From: a virus
Lineage: Duplodnaviria; Caudoviricetes
DNA length: 64,000 nt
Direction: 5' to 3' (one strand)
IMG/VR virus record: IMGVR_UViG_3300028048_000071
Span: 68,933 to 132,932 of that record
In this document: positions 18,241 to 29,195 of the stretch, piece after piece
Layout of the letters: every line of letters begins with the position of its first letter
How positions within the stretch are numbered: position 1 is the first letter of the stretch
Notes under the pieces: model-generated
What the model was told of the DNA's origin: nothing
The model's input: only the letters and a program-made list of their open reading frames with translations
Databases searched by the model: none
Program-made: the position numbers and the translations under genes

Positions 18241-19213
18241 TAGTCAATATATTATACAGATAATTAAATCTGACAGAGAGTACCCTTATGGGCAATGTAT
18301 AACACCTAAAGAAATTATTCATAAAGATAGTATTACATCGGAGGATATTATTATTGTAAATGATAAACTTAATAAACTTGATGATATTGACTTATATTTA
18401 GTAGATTTAAAAGTTAAATTTGCACAAATAAATCCTGAAAAATATTATTTAAGTTACTCTGGAGGAAAAGATAGTCACTTGCTTTATTGGTTCATTAAAA
18501 ATTATCTAAAATGCAATGATATTAAAATTATAGGGATAAATACTTATATGGAAAATCCTCAAATCCTAAAAAGAATTATTAAAAATAGTGATAAGGTTTT
18601 ACTGCCTACTCTTAAACCATTTGAGATAAAAGAAAAATACGGAATTCCTTGTTTTAGTAAAGAACAAGATTTCTATATATATTATTATCAGAATGCACTT
18701 AGAAAAGGTAAAAAACCTAGCAAAACAATACAACAGAAAATTGATGGGACTTATGATAAAGGATTTAGTGGTATTTCTAAAAAGGCAAGAGAATATGTAA
18801 AAAGTGGTAATGCTCACAATATAACTCACTTGTGTTGCTATTATTTAAAGAAAAAACCAGCACACGACTTTGAAAAAGAAACTGGTTTAAAGCCTATATT
18901 GGGAATTAGAAGTGAAGAATCTGCTTTAAGAAAAAGACAGTATACAACTTGCTTTTCTAAAAATGGTAAATTCACGCCAATACATAATTTAACAGATGAC
19001 ATTTTAGAAGGAATCATATCTAAATATAATATAGAAGTTCCAGAAATATATAATCATATAAAGAGGACTGGATGTGAAGGTTGTCCTTATGGTAGTTATT
19101 ATCACGAAACAGAAAAAGAACTTGAATTAATGACTCCAGCCAAAAAGAAGTTTGTTTGTGAGTTGTTTAAAGAAAGTTATGAAGTTTTAGGAATTGAGGT
19201 GAAGGAAGAATGA
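18233..19213 (+). CDS. PAPS reductase family (PP-loop) protein
   Basis: SYSGGKDS, CCYYLKKKP, GIRSEES..R, RTGCEGCP. Confidence 0.85.
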   Translation: MDDSQYIIQIIKSDREYPYGQCITPKEIIHKDSITSEDIIIVNDKLNKLDDIDLYLVDLKVKFAQINPEKYYLSYSGGKDSHLLYWFIKNYLKCNDIKIIGINTYMENPQILKRIIKNSDKVLLPTLKPFEIKEKYGIPCFSKEQDFYIYYYQNALRKGKKPSKTIQQKIDGTYDKGFSGISKKAREYVKSGNAHNITHLCCYYLKKKPAHDFEKETGLKPILGIRSEESALRKRQYTTCFSKNGKFTPIHNLTDDILEGIISKYNIEVPEIYNHIKRTGCEGCPYGSYYHETEKELELMTPAKKKFVCELFKESYEVLGIEVKEE

Positions 19214-20280
19214 GTCGTAAAAATATTAACTTTGATGTCAATGCAACAGAGAAGCCCGATAAACACGTTTTAAGGACGATGTGGCGACTTTATCGTCACG
19301 GGTATGCAAACCCTAATGCAACATATAAAGACGCTAGAATGACCGCAGAATTGATTGAGACGGCACGTGAGAAGGTTGCAAAAGCTTTAGGTTGTTATCC
19401 GGATGAAATATTCTTTACAAGTGGAGCATCGGAATCAAATAGTTGGATTCAAGCAAATTTTATTTTGACTGTTGATGATAGGTCGCATCACTCTTTTGAA
19501 AGAATGGTTGGAATTAATCAATATGGTAAAGTAAAGACAATACCTTTAGTTGTTAGTGAAACTGGTGAATGGCTCATTAATGAAGTAAAGGCTAATCCAA
19601 AACAAGAATACTTCCTTGATATGACACAAGGAATTGGTAAAATGAAAATAAATTTACACGATATGCCAAATGTAATTTATGCTAGTGCTTCAGGGCATAA
19701 ATTTGGTGGAATTTTAGGTTGTGGAATACTCTATATAAGACACGATAAACAATCTAAAGTAAGACCATTAATTGTTGGAAGTCAAGAAAAAGGAATTAGA
19801 GGAGGAACTCAAAATGTTCCGGCGATAGTTTGTTTTGGAGAAGCAATAGAAAAAGCGATGAAAGATATTGATAAGAATCAAGATAAAATTAGAAAAGTTA
19901 CAAATTACATATATACTAAAATAAAAACAGGAGATGCTATCCCGGTGGATGACACGCCGTTATTTATATATAAGAGCATACCTGTAGATGTGCGTATGGC
20001 TGAGCCATATACAAATGTTATTAATATTACGTTCAATTATCTTACTGCAACGGCTGCGGTACAGATTTTTGATAAATTAGGTTTCAATATTAGTGCTGGT
20101 AGTGCCTGCAATTCGGAATCAGAAAGACCGTCAGAGGCTTATTTAGCAAGTGGGTACACGGAAGATGAGGCTATGAGGACTATTAGGATTTCAGTAGGTA
20201 AAAACAACACTATAAAAGAAGCCAAGAAATTCATAAAGGCTTTAAAAAAGGTTGTCGCACTTTATGATGAAGAAGATTAG
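19210..20280 (+). CDS. iscS: Cysteine desulfurase (IscS/NifS family)
   Basis: FFTSGASES, SGHKFGG, RGGTQNV, SAGSAC, IRISVG. Confidence 0.85.
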   Translation: MSRKNINFDVNATEKPDKHVLRTMWRLYRHGYANPNATYKDARMTAELIETAREKVAKALGCYPDEIFFTSGASESNSWIQANFILTVDDRSHHSFERMVGINQYGKVKTIPLVVSETGEWLINEVKANPKQEYFLDMTQGIGKMKINLHDMPNVIYASASGHKFGGILGCGILYIRHDKQSKVRPLIVGSQEKGIRGGTQNVPAIVCFGEAIEKAMKDIDKNQDKIRKVTNYIYTKIKTGDAIPVDDTPLFIYKSIPVDVRMAEPYTNVINITFNYLTATAAVQIFDKLGFNISAGSACNSESERPSEAYLASGYTEDEAMRTIRISVGKNNTIKEAKKFIKALKKVVALYDEED

Positions 20281-20310
20281 GAAATTCTGAAAGGAGGAAA
20301 CGAGAGAGTT

Positions 20311-21201
20311 ATGGCAGGATTTCAAAAAGCAAAAAAGGAAAAAGTTTGGACAAAAGTATTATTGGGAGGAGCAAGTGGTAGTGGTAAGTCTTACTCGGCA
20401 TTAAGACTAGCGACAGGATTGGCTAATAAAACTGGGTCAAGAATTGCAGCTATCGACACAGAAGCAGGACGTATAAGATATTATGCTAATGAATTTGATT
20501 TTGATGATATGCAATTAGAAGAGCCTTATACTCCACAAAAGTATATTGATGCTATTGATGAGGCAATTAAAGGTGGTTACCAAATATTGATAATTGATAG
20601 TATCTCACACGAATGGAATTATTGTGTTGAAACACACGATAAAATGCCAGGAAATTCTTATACAAATTGGGCAAAAATTACACCAATGCACGACCGTTTT
20701 ATGGAAAAAGTATTACAATCACCTTTACATATTATTGCGACAGTACGTGGTAAAGATGAATATGTACTTGAAGAAAAAAACGGAAAACAAGCACCAAAGA
20801 AAGTTGGTCTTGGTTATAAACAAAGAGACGGTGTTGAATATAATTATACAGTTACATTCAACATAGACCAAGAAACACATATTAGTAGTGTTTCAAAAGA
20901 TAATACTCATATCTTTGAAGGAAAATTTGAAGTTTTAACAGAAAAAGATGGAGAAGCATTATATGATTGGGCTAATTCAGGTGAGACACCAGTTGAAAAA
21001 ACTTACGATTTACCTAAATTAAGAGAAGATATTATCACAAGAGCAAAAGAATTAGGAGGAAGTAAAAATCCAAGTGTTAAAGAATCTTGTGAAAGATTAA
21101 TTGGAACATTAAATCCAAATAAGTCTGAAGATGGAAAAGCTTTGACTCAATTGTTAGATGAGCTTAAGGCTATTGAAGTAAGTAAAGAAGGAGATAAATA
21201 A
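20311..21201 (+). CDS. AAA_24-type ATPase (Sak4-like recombination protein)
   Basis: GASGSGKS, IDTEAG, LIIDSISHEW. Confidence 0.75.
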   Translation: MAGFQKAKKEKVWTKVLLGGASGSGKSYSALRLATGLANKTGSRIAAIDTEAGRIRYYANEFDFDDMQLEEPYTPQKYIDAIDEAIKGGYQILIIDSISHEWNYCVETHDKMPGNSYTNWAKITPMHDRFMEKVLQSPLHIIATVRGKDEYVLEEKNGKQAPKKVGLGYKQRDGVEYNYTVTFNIDQETHISSVSKDNTHIFEGKFEVLTEKDGEALYDWANSGETPVEKTYDLPKLREDIITRAKELGGSKNPSVKESCERLIGTLNPNKSEDGKALTQLLDELKAIEVSKEGDK

Positions 21202-21203
21202 TT

Positions 21204-21686
21204 ATGGCAAAAAGATATTATACTGTTTGGTCAGTAGAGTTTGAAAATGATAATAGAGCTAAAGTTTCTTTATCAAGAAGTCGTAAAGTTAGAGATAATG
21301 ATTACGATAAATCACTAGAAAATGCTGGTATAGCAAATAATGGTTATATTACAGATTTTAGTGATTCTTATGTTAATTTTGTTGGAAAGGCAGTAAATCA
21401 ACTTAAGAAATATGAAATAAAAGAAAGAGACAGAATTTATTGCGATATTGATATTTCAAATGAACCTTATGTTGATAAAGATGGTAATAAAGCATATCCA
21501 AAAGGATATAAACATACAGTTTATGAATTTGAATTACCAGGAAGTTCAGAAGATGATACAACTCCAGCTCAAACACCAAAAAATATTGATAGAGAACCAA
21601 GAGTAGGAGCAGATGTTCCTGCACCACAAAGTGCACCTGTATCAACTATAGATGATGCTGAGGATGATTCAGAATTACCATTCTAG
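21204..21686 (+). CDS. Single-stranded DNA-binding protein (putative)
   Basis: Acidic tail ending DDSELPF; sits between the ATPase and primase genes. Confidence 0.65.
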   Translation: MAKRYYTVWSVEFENDNRAKVSLSRSRKVRDNDYDKSLENAGIANNGYITDFSDSYVNFVGKAVNQLKKYEIKERDRIYCDIDISNEPYVDKDGNKAYPKGYKHTVYEFELPGSSEDDTTPAQTPKNIDREPRVGADVPAPQSAPVSTIDDAEDDSELPF

Positions 21687-21806
21687 GACACAACTAATAA
21701 GAGAGAATGTGTAAAAGGATGGTGATTGATATGCTTAATGAAGCGATAGCGAATTTGGCATTGAAATTCGCCAACGAAAGTTATTTTATAAAGGAGGTGG
21801 ATTTCA

Positions 21807-23765
21807 GTGCTAGTTCCTCAAGAAAAAATTGATGAAGCTAAAAGAATATATGATGGACAGGCAATGGAAGAGATAGTGGAGTATTTAGGAGTTGCTAAAT
21901 GGGATGAAAGAACAAAAAAAGGTTCTTGTCCTTGGCACTCCGACTCCAACCCATCCTTTATCTGGAATGAGAAAAATAATTCTTTTCATTGTTTTAGTTG
22001 TAATCGTAATTATGGAATTATAGATTTATATCTCGACCAAGGATTAAGTTATATTGATGCAGTTAAAAAATTATTTGAGAATACTGGAATAGAATATAAC
22101 TTTAGTATGCAAGGAGTCCATTCTAAACCTTCATATAGATACCCAAAACACGTAGATAGCGAAGATAGAAATATTGTAAATACCTATTGGGAGAAAAGAA
22201 AGATTAGCCAAAAGACACTTGATTATTTAGATGTTCAACAGGATGAAAATGGAAATACTGTATATCATTTTTACGACGAAAATGATGTGCTAACTTCTGT
22301 TAAATACAGACCATCTCATAAACCAAAGGCAGGAGAGAATAAATGTTGGTTTCAAAAAGATACTGATTTTTCTCCTATATTATTTAATATGAACAGATGT
22401 GACCCTTCTAAGCCTTTATATATAACTGAGGGAGAACCTGATTGTATGTCTTTGATAGAGGTAGGAATAACAAATGCTGTTTCTGTTCCTAATGGTTGTA
22501 TGAATCAAAAGTGGATTGAACAATGTTGGGATTGGTTAGAACAATTTCCTAAAATTATTATATGGGGAGATAACGACGAACCCGGAATTAAAGCACGCAA
22601 TGAAATTTGTAATAGATTAGGAACTTGGAGAACTTATTATATTGAGCCAAATCCAAATGATTTGATAAATGCTTTTGGAACAGACAGAGATGGAAAATCT
22701 CCTAAAGATGCAAATGAGGTTTTATACTTTTTTGGAAGAGAAAAGGTTTTAGAATATGCTAACAGTCCAATAGAGCTACCCATTGAAGGAGTTTTCGATT
22801 TAGCTAGTGCTGAAGAATTTGATATACAAAATGCAGAGGGATTATATACCGGAATAAAAGAATTAGACGACAAAATATATAAACTTGTTTTCGGAACATT
22901 AAATATAATTACTGGTAAGTCTGGAGAAGGTAAATCTGTATTTGTTAATCAGGTTGCCATATGTCAAGCTTTAGACCAAGGTTATGATGTGTTTGTATAT
23001 AGCGGTGAATTACCAGCACCTGTATTAAAAAATTGGGTAGAAACAAATATGATAGGAAGAGAAAATATTGAGATGAGTGATGGCGGTCACGTTAGACATT
23101 TCAATGGAGAAGCCAGAAAAAAAATGGAAGATTGGTATTCTGGTAGAGTAATGACATACGACGATAGTTCTGATGCTACGGCGACAACACTACTTCATAA
23201 AATGGAAGAAATGGCTCGTAAATTTGGAACGAAAGTTTTTCTTATTGATAACTTAATGATGGTAGATTTAGAATGTGATGAACAAAGTAGATTACAAGCT
23301 GAAAAAGATTTTATAAAAGACCTTATTAATTTCGCTAAAAAATTTAATGTATTAGTATTTTTGGTTGCTCATCCTAGAAAAACTGGAGAAATAAGAGTTA
23401 CAAAGGATGATATTTCTGGAAGCTCTAATATAGTTAATTTGGCACATATGGTGTTTAGCGTTCATAGATATACTGATTCTGAAAGAGCAGGTGAAATGAA
23501 CGAAAGAGGTAACTATAGAAGAGGCAAAGAACCTATAAAATATGAAAGTGTAATTGAAGTATTAAAGAATCGTATTACTGGATTAGTTCCAAAAGTAGAT
23601 GTTTTCTTTGATTATCCGTCTTATAGATTTTATAGAACTCCAGCAGAAATTTGGCATAGATATAAATGGGATGATAATATTTCACCTTTAAGAACAGATG
23701 ACCCTAATCCACACGAAATTCCTGGGGAGGAGGATAATCCTTTAAATGATAGAGACGAAGATTAA
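21807..23765 (+). CDS. Primase-helicase (zinc finger + TOPRIM + SF4 helicase)
   Basis: CPWH...CFSC, ITEGEPD, GDNDEPG, GKSGEGKS, LIDNL, LVAHPRK. Confidence 0.9.
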   Translation: MLVPQEKIDEAKRIYDGQAMEEIVEYLGVAKWDERTKKGSCPWHSDSNPSFIWNEKNNSFHCFSCNRNYGIIDLYLDQGLSYIDAVKKLFENTGIEYNFSMQGVHSKPSYRYPKHVDSEDRNIVNTYWEKRKISQKTLDYLDVQQDENGNTVYHFYDENDVLTSVKYRPSHKPKAGENKCWFQKDTDFSPILFNMNRCDPSKPLYITEGEPDCMSLIEVGITNAVSVPNGCMNQKWIEQCWDWLEQFPKIIIWGDNDEPGIKARNEICNRLGTWRTYYIEPNPNDLINAFGTDRDGKSPKDANEVLYFFGREKVLEYANSPIELPIEGVFDLASAEEFDIQNAEGLYTGIKELDDKIYKLVFGTLNIITGKSGEGKSVFVNQVAICQALDQGYDVFVYSGELPAPVLKNWVETNMIGRENIEMSDGGHVRHFNGEARKKMEDWYSGRVMTYDDSSDATATTLLHKMEEMARKFGTKVFLIDNLMMVDLECDEQSRLQAEKDFIKDLINFAKKFNVLVFLVAHPRKTGEIRVTKDDISGSSNIVNLAHMVFSVHRYTDSERAGEMNERGNYRRGKEPIKYESVIEVLKNRITGLVPKVDVFFDYPSYRFYRTPAEIWHRYKWDDNISPLRTDDPNPHEIPGEEDNPLNDRDED

Positions 23766-24567
23766 AAATATAAAAAAAGAGTTAGAAAAATTTAATAGGT
23801 ATAAATTCTATGAAGAACCCCATATATATACTTATATAGAAGATGATGGTTCTGAAACTAAAGTAGGCATTTCTGTTACAACTCTTGTTGGTCAATATGA
23901 ACAAGAATTTGATGAAGATAGAGTTGCTACATTTAAATCAAAGAAAGATGGTATTCCAAAAGAAGATTTAATTGCTATGTGGCATTTTGATAGAGATTTT
24001 GCTTGTTGTAAAGGAACTCATACTCACGCATATAATGAATTTTTATGGCGTGATGGAGAATTATATGACTATAACAAAGAAGCTGTAATTGATGAATTTG
24101 GTTATGATGTTATTGCACCTGTATGGGATAAATTAAAAAAAATATGTGAGAGTTTTTATAAAAAATTCAAAGATAGACTTATCCCAATTGGGTTAGAACA
24201 AATTGTTGGAAGCAGAGATTATGATGTAGCCGGAGCAATAGATTTCTTAGCTTATTCAAAAAAGTTAGATGCAATAATTATTATAGATTATAAAACCAAT
24301 AAAAAAATAGAATTTGAATCTTATAAAGATAAAAAAATGCTTTATCCTCTAAATCATATTCCTGATTGTAATTATTATCATTATTGTTTACAGTTGGCTA
24401 TATATAAATTTATTTTAGAATATGAAACTAAATTAAAAATATATAATAAAAAATGGCTAATTTGGATGAATGAAGCTAATGATGATTTTGTACTATATGA
24501 ATGTGAAAATTTAGATGATGAAGCTAAAAAAATATTGGAAGCAAGGAGAAAAGAAATATATGTTTGA
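23746..24567 (+). CDS. PD-(D/E)XK exonuclease
   Basis: GTHTH, AGAIDF, IIDYKT, QLAIY. Confidence 0.8.
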   Translation: MIETKIKNIKKELEKFNRYKFYEEPHIYTYIEDDGSETKVGISVTTLVGQYEQEFDEDRVATFKSKKDGIPKEDLIAMWHFDRDFACCKGTHTHAYNEFLWRDGELYDYNKEAVIDEFGYDVIAPVWDKLKKICESFYKKFKDRLIPIGLEQIVGSRDYDVAGAIDFLAYSKKLDAIIIIDYKTNKKIEFESYKDKKMLYPLNHIPDCNYYHYCLQLAIYKFILEYETKLKIYNKKWLIWMNEANDDFVLYECENLDDEAKKILEARRKEIYV

Positions 24568-24775
24568 AAATAATATTGTTCAAAAAAGATTATTAAAAAG
24601 AAAACAAATTATGGATGACCTTGAAAAAGCTAAAAATGATGGCATAGATTGGAAGGTTAGACAACTAGAAAGTAAATTATATATGTTTAATAGAAAACAT
24701 TATCCAAATGTATTTTGGAATAGTGCAGAAAAAGGAACATATAGGAAACCAAAAGAAAAGAAGGTGCTTGTATAA
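24560..24775 (+). CDS. Hypothetical protein
   Basis: MFENNIVQ start after AGGAG. Confidence 0.55.
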   Translation: MFENNIVQKRLLKRKQIMDDLEKAKNDGIDWKVRQLESKLYMFNRKHYPNVFWNSAEKGTYRKPKEKKVLV

Positions 24776-25317
24776 TGGATATTAATGAATTAAGTGGTTG
24801 GGGAATATCTCAACAAATAGCAGAAATAGTAGAAAATGGTTTTACTTTTGATGAAGAAACTGGAGAGGTATTTTTTACAACTGATGATTTAGAGGCATTA
24901 CAAGAAGCACTAGATAATAAATTAGAATCATTGGCTGGTATTTATCAAATGTATGTATCAAAAGGAGATGCTCTTAAAATTAGAAGTAAAGATATTGCTG
25001 ATAGAGCTAAATCATTTGAAAAGAAAGCTGATAGAATTAAAGAATATATAGATGCTTTAATGAAAGCAAATGGTAAAGATGATAAACCATTAGAAATTGG
25101 AGATAAAAAATTATCATATAGAAAAAGTAAGGCTACGAATATATTTGATGAAGATAAATTAAAAGAATGGATAAATTCTAGTGATGAAAATAAACAAAAA
25201 TATTTCAAATATAAAGAGCCAGAAATTGCAAAAAAAGAATTAGGGGACGCTTTAAAACAAGGTGAAGAAATCCCTGGAATTGAATTAGTAGAAAATAAAA
25301 ATCTACAAATAAAATAA
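24775..25317 (+). CDS. Siphovirus Gp157-like protein
   Basis: Coiled coil, LSYRKS, ALKQGEEIPGIELVE. Confidence 0.8.
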   Translation: MDINELSGWGISQQIAEIVENGFTFDEETGEVFFTTDDLEALQEALDNKLESLAGIYQMYVSKGDALKIRSKDIADRAKSFEKKADRIKEYIDALMKANGKDDKPLEIGDKKLSYRKSKATNIFDEDKLKEWINSSDENKQKYFKYKEPEIAKKELGDALKQGEEIPGIELVENKNLQIK

Positions 25318-25337
25318 GGAAGAAAAGGAGAAAAAAT

Positions 25338-25553
25338 ATGGAACCAAATTTAGTTTTAACATTATCTGTGGAGGAAGTAAATAAAATTCTTGTTGGATTA
25401 GATTATTATCAAAAGGATATTAAAGGATTATCTGAAAAGATAGTTGCTATATCTGAAGGACAAATAGCAGAATTTAATAAGAAATTACAAGAAGAACAAG
25501 AAAAGGCTGCTCAAAGTGAAGAAGAAAAGAATAAGAAAGGAAAAGAAAAATAA
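25338..25553 (+). CDS. Hypothetical protein
   Basis: ORF with SD. Confidence 0.6.
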   Translation: MEPNLVLTLSVEEVNKILVGLDYYQKDIKGLSEKIVAISEGQIAEFNKKLQEEQEKAAQSEEEKNKKGKEK

Positions 25554-25556
25554 TTT

Positions 25557-25826
25557 ATGAGTGAGAAACAAGAAAAGAAAATAATCTGTAGAGATTGTGG
25601 AAAAGAATTTACACTTACTGTTGGTGAACAAAATTTTTATGAAGAAAAAGGTTTTGCAGAACCAGTTAGATGTAAAGAATGTAGAGATAGAAGAAAAGCA
25701 GAGAGAGAAAATCAAAACACTTCTCAAGAAGAAACACCTAAAAATGATTTAGAAGAAATGCTTGAAAAATTTAAAGCAAATACAGTTCTTTTTGAAAATG
25801 AAAAAAGAAACAAAAAAAGAAGATAA
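25557..25826 (+). CDS. Zinc-ribbon protein
   Basis: CRDCGKEF...EQNFY...PVRCKECR. Confidence 0.8.
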   Translation: MSEKQEKKIICRDCGKEFTLTVGEQNFYEEKGFAEPVRCKECRDRRKAERENQNTSQEETPKNDLEEMLEKFKANTVLFENEKRNKKRR

Positions 25827-25840
25827 AAAGTCAATTACAC

Positions 25841-25869
25841 TTGACTTTTTTTATATTTTGTGATACTAT
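25841..25869 (+). promoter_or_regulatory. SigmaA-type promoter overlapping a terminator hairpin
   Basis: TTGACT-N17-TACTAT with TG; aaaaagtcaa/ttgacttttt inverted repeat. Confidence 0.65.
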
Positions 25870-25900
25870 CTATATATAAGATAGGAGAGGGTGATAAGGA

Positions 25901-28900
25901 ATGAAATATTACAATTATCACTGTCATAATATGTATGGAAATCCTATTTCTATGGATGTTATTGTCAGTATGGAAGATTATTGTAAAAGAGCTATAGAAT
26001 TAGGACACGACGCATTTTTCACCACTTGTCACGGTTTGCAGGGAGATATATTTCAGGCAACAACTTTAGCACATCAATATAATCTTAAAATGATTGTTGG
26101 TGCTGAATTATATTATGTTAAAGACAGATTTGAAAAAGACCGTAGTAATAGACATATAATAATAATAGCTTTAAATCACGACGGAATTAGAGATTTAAAT
26201 AGAGTAATATCAGAATCTTTTACAACCGGAATGTATTATAGACCACGTATAGATGAAGAATTATTATTTTCTTTAAATCCTAATAATGTAATAATAACGA
26301 CTGCTTGTGTTGCTGGTTTATGGAACGATGAAGAACTAATAGTTAAAATGAAAAATTATTTTGGAGGTCATTTATTTTTAGAAGTACAAGACCATAATGA
26401 AGAAATTCAAAAAGAAGTTAATAAGACGGTCATAAGATTATCTCAAAAATATAATATAAGAATTATACACGCAAATGATAGTCATTATATTTATCCAGAA
26501 GACGCAAAATATAGAGATTTATTTTTAAAAGCTAAAGGTATTGTATATGAACAAGAGGCTAATTTTATATTAGATTATCCAGATTATGATGAAATTGTAA
26601 AAAGATATGAAATACAAGGAATCTTAAATAAAAATCAAATCAATGAAGCACTTCAAAGTACAAATGTTTTTCAAGAAGTTGATTGTAGTGATTATATAAA
26701 TGATGAAATAAAATTGCCTTCTGTTTCTGAAAATCCCAATGGAGAATTAAAAAGAATTATAAATGAATCTTGGACTCAGGACAGAGAAAGAATCCCGAAG
26801 GAAAAATGGAAAGAATATCTTGATGCAATTCGATATGAAGTTGATATTATAGAGAAAACAAATATGGCTAATTATTTTTTAATTGATTATAATATTGCTA
26901 AGATAGCTAAAGAGAAATATAATGGTGTATTAACTAATACTGGAAGAGGAAGTGCTCCATCTTTCTACGTTACACGACTATTGCATCTTACTAATATAGA
27001 TAGATTGGAATCTCCTATTACGTTATTCCCTACTAGATTTATGTCTATTGAGAGAATTTTAGGGGCTCGTTCATTACCAGATATAGATTTAAATACAGCT
27101 GATGCAGAGCCTTTTATTCAAGCAAGTAAAGATTTACTTGGAGAAAATAATTGTGGCTGGATGATTAGTTGGAAACCATTACAAGAATCTTCTGGTTTTA
27201 GACTTTATTGCAAAGCTTTAGATATTGATTATGATACCGTTAATGAAATAGCAAAAGATTTAGATAAATATAGGGAAGACCCAAAATGGAAAGATATAAT
27301 AGAAGAAAGTAGAAGATTCATAGGAGTTGTTGAGGGAGTAGCAGAATCTCCTTGCTCTATGGTTCTTTATGATAAAGATGTTCGTAGTGAAATAGGAATG
27401 ATAAAAACTCCGAATGGTAAAATATGTTGTTTATTAGATGGATATAATTGCGACAAATATAAATATCTTAAAAATGACTATTTAACAGTTACTGTTTGGG
27501 CTATTATTAGAGACGTTTGTAAATTAGCTGAAATACCTATTCCTACTATTAATGAATTAGACAATCTTTTAGATGATAAAACATTTGATGTTTACAGAAA
27601 AGGATTAACTTGCTCTATAAATCAAGCAGATTCTGATTATGCAACTGGTTTAGTTATGAGATATAAGCCAAAATCTTTGGCGGAAATGTCTTCTTTTGTT
27701 GCCATTATTAGACCTGGTTGTGCAAGTTTACTTGATGATTTTATAGAAAGAAAGCCTTATACAACTGGAGTTAAAGCACTTGATAATATATTAGAAGACA
27801 GTGAACATAGATTAATATATCAAGAATCAATAATGAAATATTTAATTTGGTTAGGAATTTCGGAACCTCAATCTTATGATGTTATTAAAAAAATTGCTAA
27901 AAAGAAATTTAAAGAACCAGAATTAAAAGCTTTAAAAGAACAACTTTTAGAAGGATGGCACAAACAAGTTGGAGAAGAGAAAGGTTTTGAAGAAACTTGG
28001 CAAGTTGTTGAAGATGCAGCAAAATATTCTTTTAACGCATCACATTCATTATCTTATGCTTATGATAGTCTTTATGGGGCTTATTTAAAATCTCATTATC
28101 CATTAGAATATTATACCGTTGCATTAAATTATTATAGTAATGATGCTACTAGAACAGGTAAATTAACTAAGGAATTAAAAAGTTATGGCATATCCTTAGA
28201 AAAACCAAGTTTTAGATATTCTATTGATAAATATTTTATGGATAAGGAAAACAACAAGATATATAAAGGCACTGAAGCTATAAAATTCTTAAACAAAGAT
28301 TGTTCTTTATATTTATATAGTTTGAGAGAAAATAAATATGAAACTTTTGTAGATTTATTAGCGGAAATAACAGACGCTAAAGATGAAAACAATAGGTCTT
28401 ATGTTAATTCACGACAAATAGATATATTAATTAAGTCTCAATATTTTCAAGAATTTGGGAATAATAAAAAACTTTTAACTATATATAATTATTTTAAAGT
28501 TTTATATGGAAGAAAAGTTCTATCTAAAGACAAAGCTCAAGAGTTAAATCTTCCTTCCTATATTTTTGAACAAGATGGAGTAACTCAAACAGAAAAACAA
28601 TATAAATTTGAAGATATATGTGATATACTTAAATTAATAGAGCATAATACCCCAAACGAATCATTTGGAATAAAAGAACAAGTAGAGTTTGAAAACGACG
28701 CATTGGGTTATATTAATATGACTTATGATGTTGATAAAAGAGTTTGTTATGTATTAGATATAGATACTAAATATACTCCAAAAGTAACTTTATATTGTTT
28801 AAGAAACGGCAAAACTGTTTTATGTAAAGTAAATAAAGCTTTATTTAAAAAACAACCTTTAAAGGTAGGAATGATAATTCGTGCTTCAAGATTTGAAGAA

Positions 28901-29014
28901 AGATATAAGCAAGCCTATGTTAATGGTGATTGGCAGAGAACCAATGATAAAGAGTGGTGGTGTAGTGCCTATAATGAAACGACAATAGAGGAGGAAACAA
29001 ATAATGAAAATTGA
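25901..29014 (+). CDS. dnaE: DNA polymerase III alpha subunit (family C)
   Basis: PHP domain YHCH...ANDSHY, GRGSA, PDIDL, YSFNASHS.SYA. Confidence 0.92.
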   Translation: MKYYNYHCHNMYGNPISMDVIVSMEDYCKRAIELGHDAFFTTCHGLQGDIFQATTLAHQYNLKMIVGAELYYVKDRFEKDRSNRHIIIIALNHDGIRDLNRVISESFTTGMYYRPRIDEELLFSLNPNNVIITTACVAGLWNDEELIVKMKNYFGGHLFLEVQDHNEEIQKEVNKTVIRLSQKYNIRIIHANDSHYIYPEDAKYRDLFLKAKGIVYEQEANFILDYPDYDEIVKRYEIQGILNKNQINEALQSTNVFQEVDCSDYINDEIKLPSVSENPNGELKRIINESWTQDRERIPKEKWKEYLDAIRYEVDIIEKTNMANYFLIDYNIAKIAKEKYNGVLTNTGRGSAPSFYVTRLLHLTNIDRLESPITLFPTRFMSIERILGARSLPDIDLNTADAEPFIQASKDLLGENNCGWMISWKPLQESSGFRLYCKALDIDYDTVNEIAKDLDKYREDPKWKDIIEESRRFIGVVEGVAESPCSMVLYDKDVRSEIGMIKTPNGKICCLLDGYNCDKYKYLKNDYLTVTVWAIIRDVCKLAEIPIPTINELDNLLDDKTFDVYRKGLTCSINQADSDYATGLVMRYKPKSLAEMSSFVAIIRPGCASLLDDFIERKPYTTGVKALDNILEDSEHRLIYQESIMKYLIWLGISEPQSYDVIKKIAKKKFKEPELKALKEQLLEGWHKQVGEEKGFEETWQVVEDAAKYSFNASHSLSYAYDSLYGAYLKSHYPLEYYTVALNYYSNDATRTGKLTKELKSYGISLEKPSFRYSIDKYFMDKENNKIYKGTEAIKFLNKDCSLYLYSLRENKYETFVDLLAEITDAKDENNRSYVNSRQIDILIKSQYFQEFGNNKKLLTIYNYFKVLYGRKVLSKDKAQELNLPSYIFEQDGVTQTEKQYKFEDICDILKLIEHNTPNESFGIKEQVEFENDALGYINMTYDVDKRVCYVLDIDTKYTPKVTLYCLRNGKTVLCKVNKALFKKQPLKVGMIIRASRFEERYKQAYVNGDWQRTNDKEWWCSAYNETTIEEETNNEN

Positions 29015-29195
29015 TTATTTAGGAGTTGAGAATGAGTCTAAAGAAGTAAAAGATAAAAAGAAAGAAGAATTTATCAAAAGACTTAAAGAAGCTATAAAAA
29101 AACGTGAAAATAAAGAAAAGAAGGAGAAAGAAAAAAGTGGAAAGGGAACAAAGAAAGGAACTAGAAGTTCTAAAACTAATAAATCAAAATCGTAA
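29004..29195 (+). CDS. Small basic protein
   Basis: GAGGAGG SD; overlaps the 5' part of the next ORF. Confidence 0.45.
   Translation: MKIDYLGVENESKEVKDKKKEEFIKRLKEAIKKRENKEKKEKEKSGKGTKKGTRSSKTNKSKS

Noticed and set aside
23746-24567. cas4 of a CRISPR system
   Set aside because: Generic PD-(D/E)XK exonuclease in a replication operon, with no array or other cas genes.
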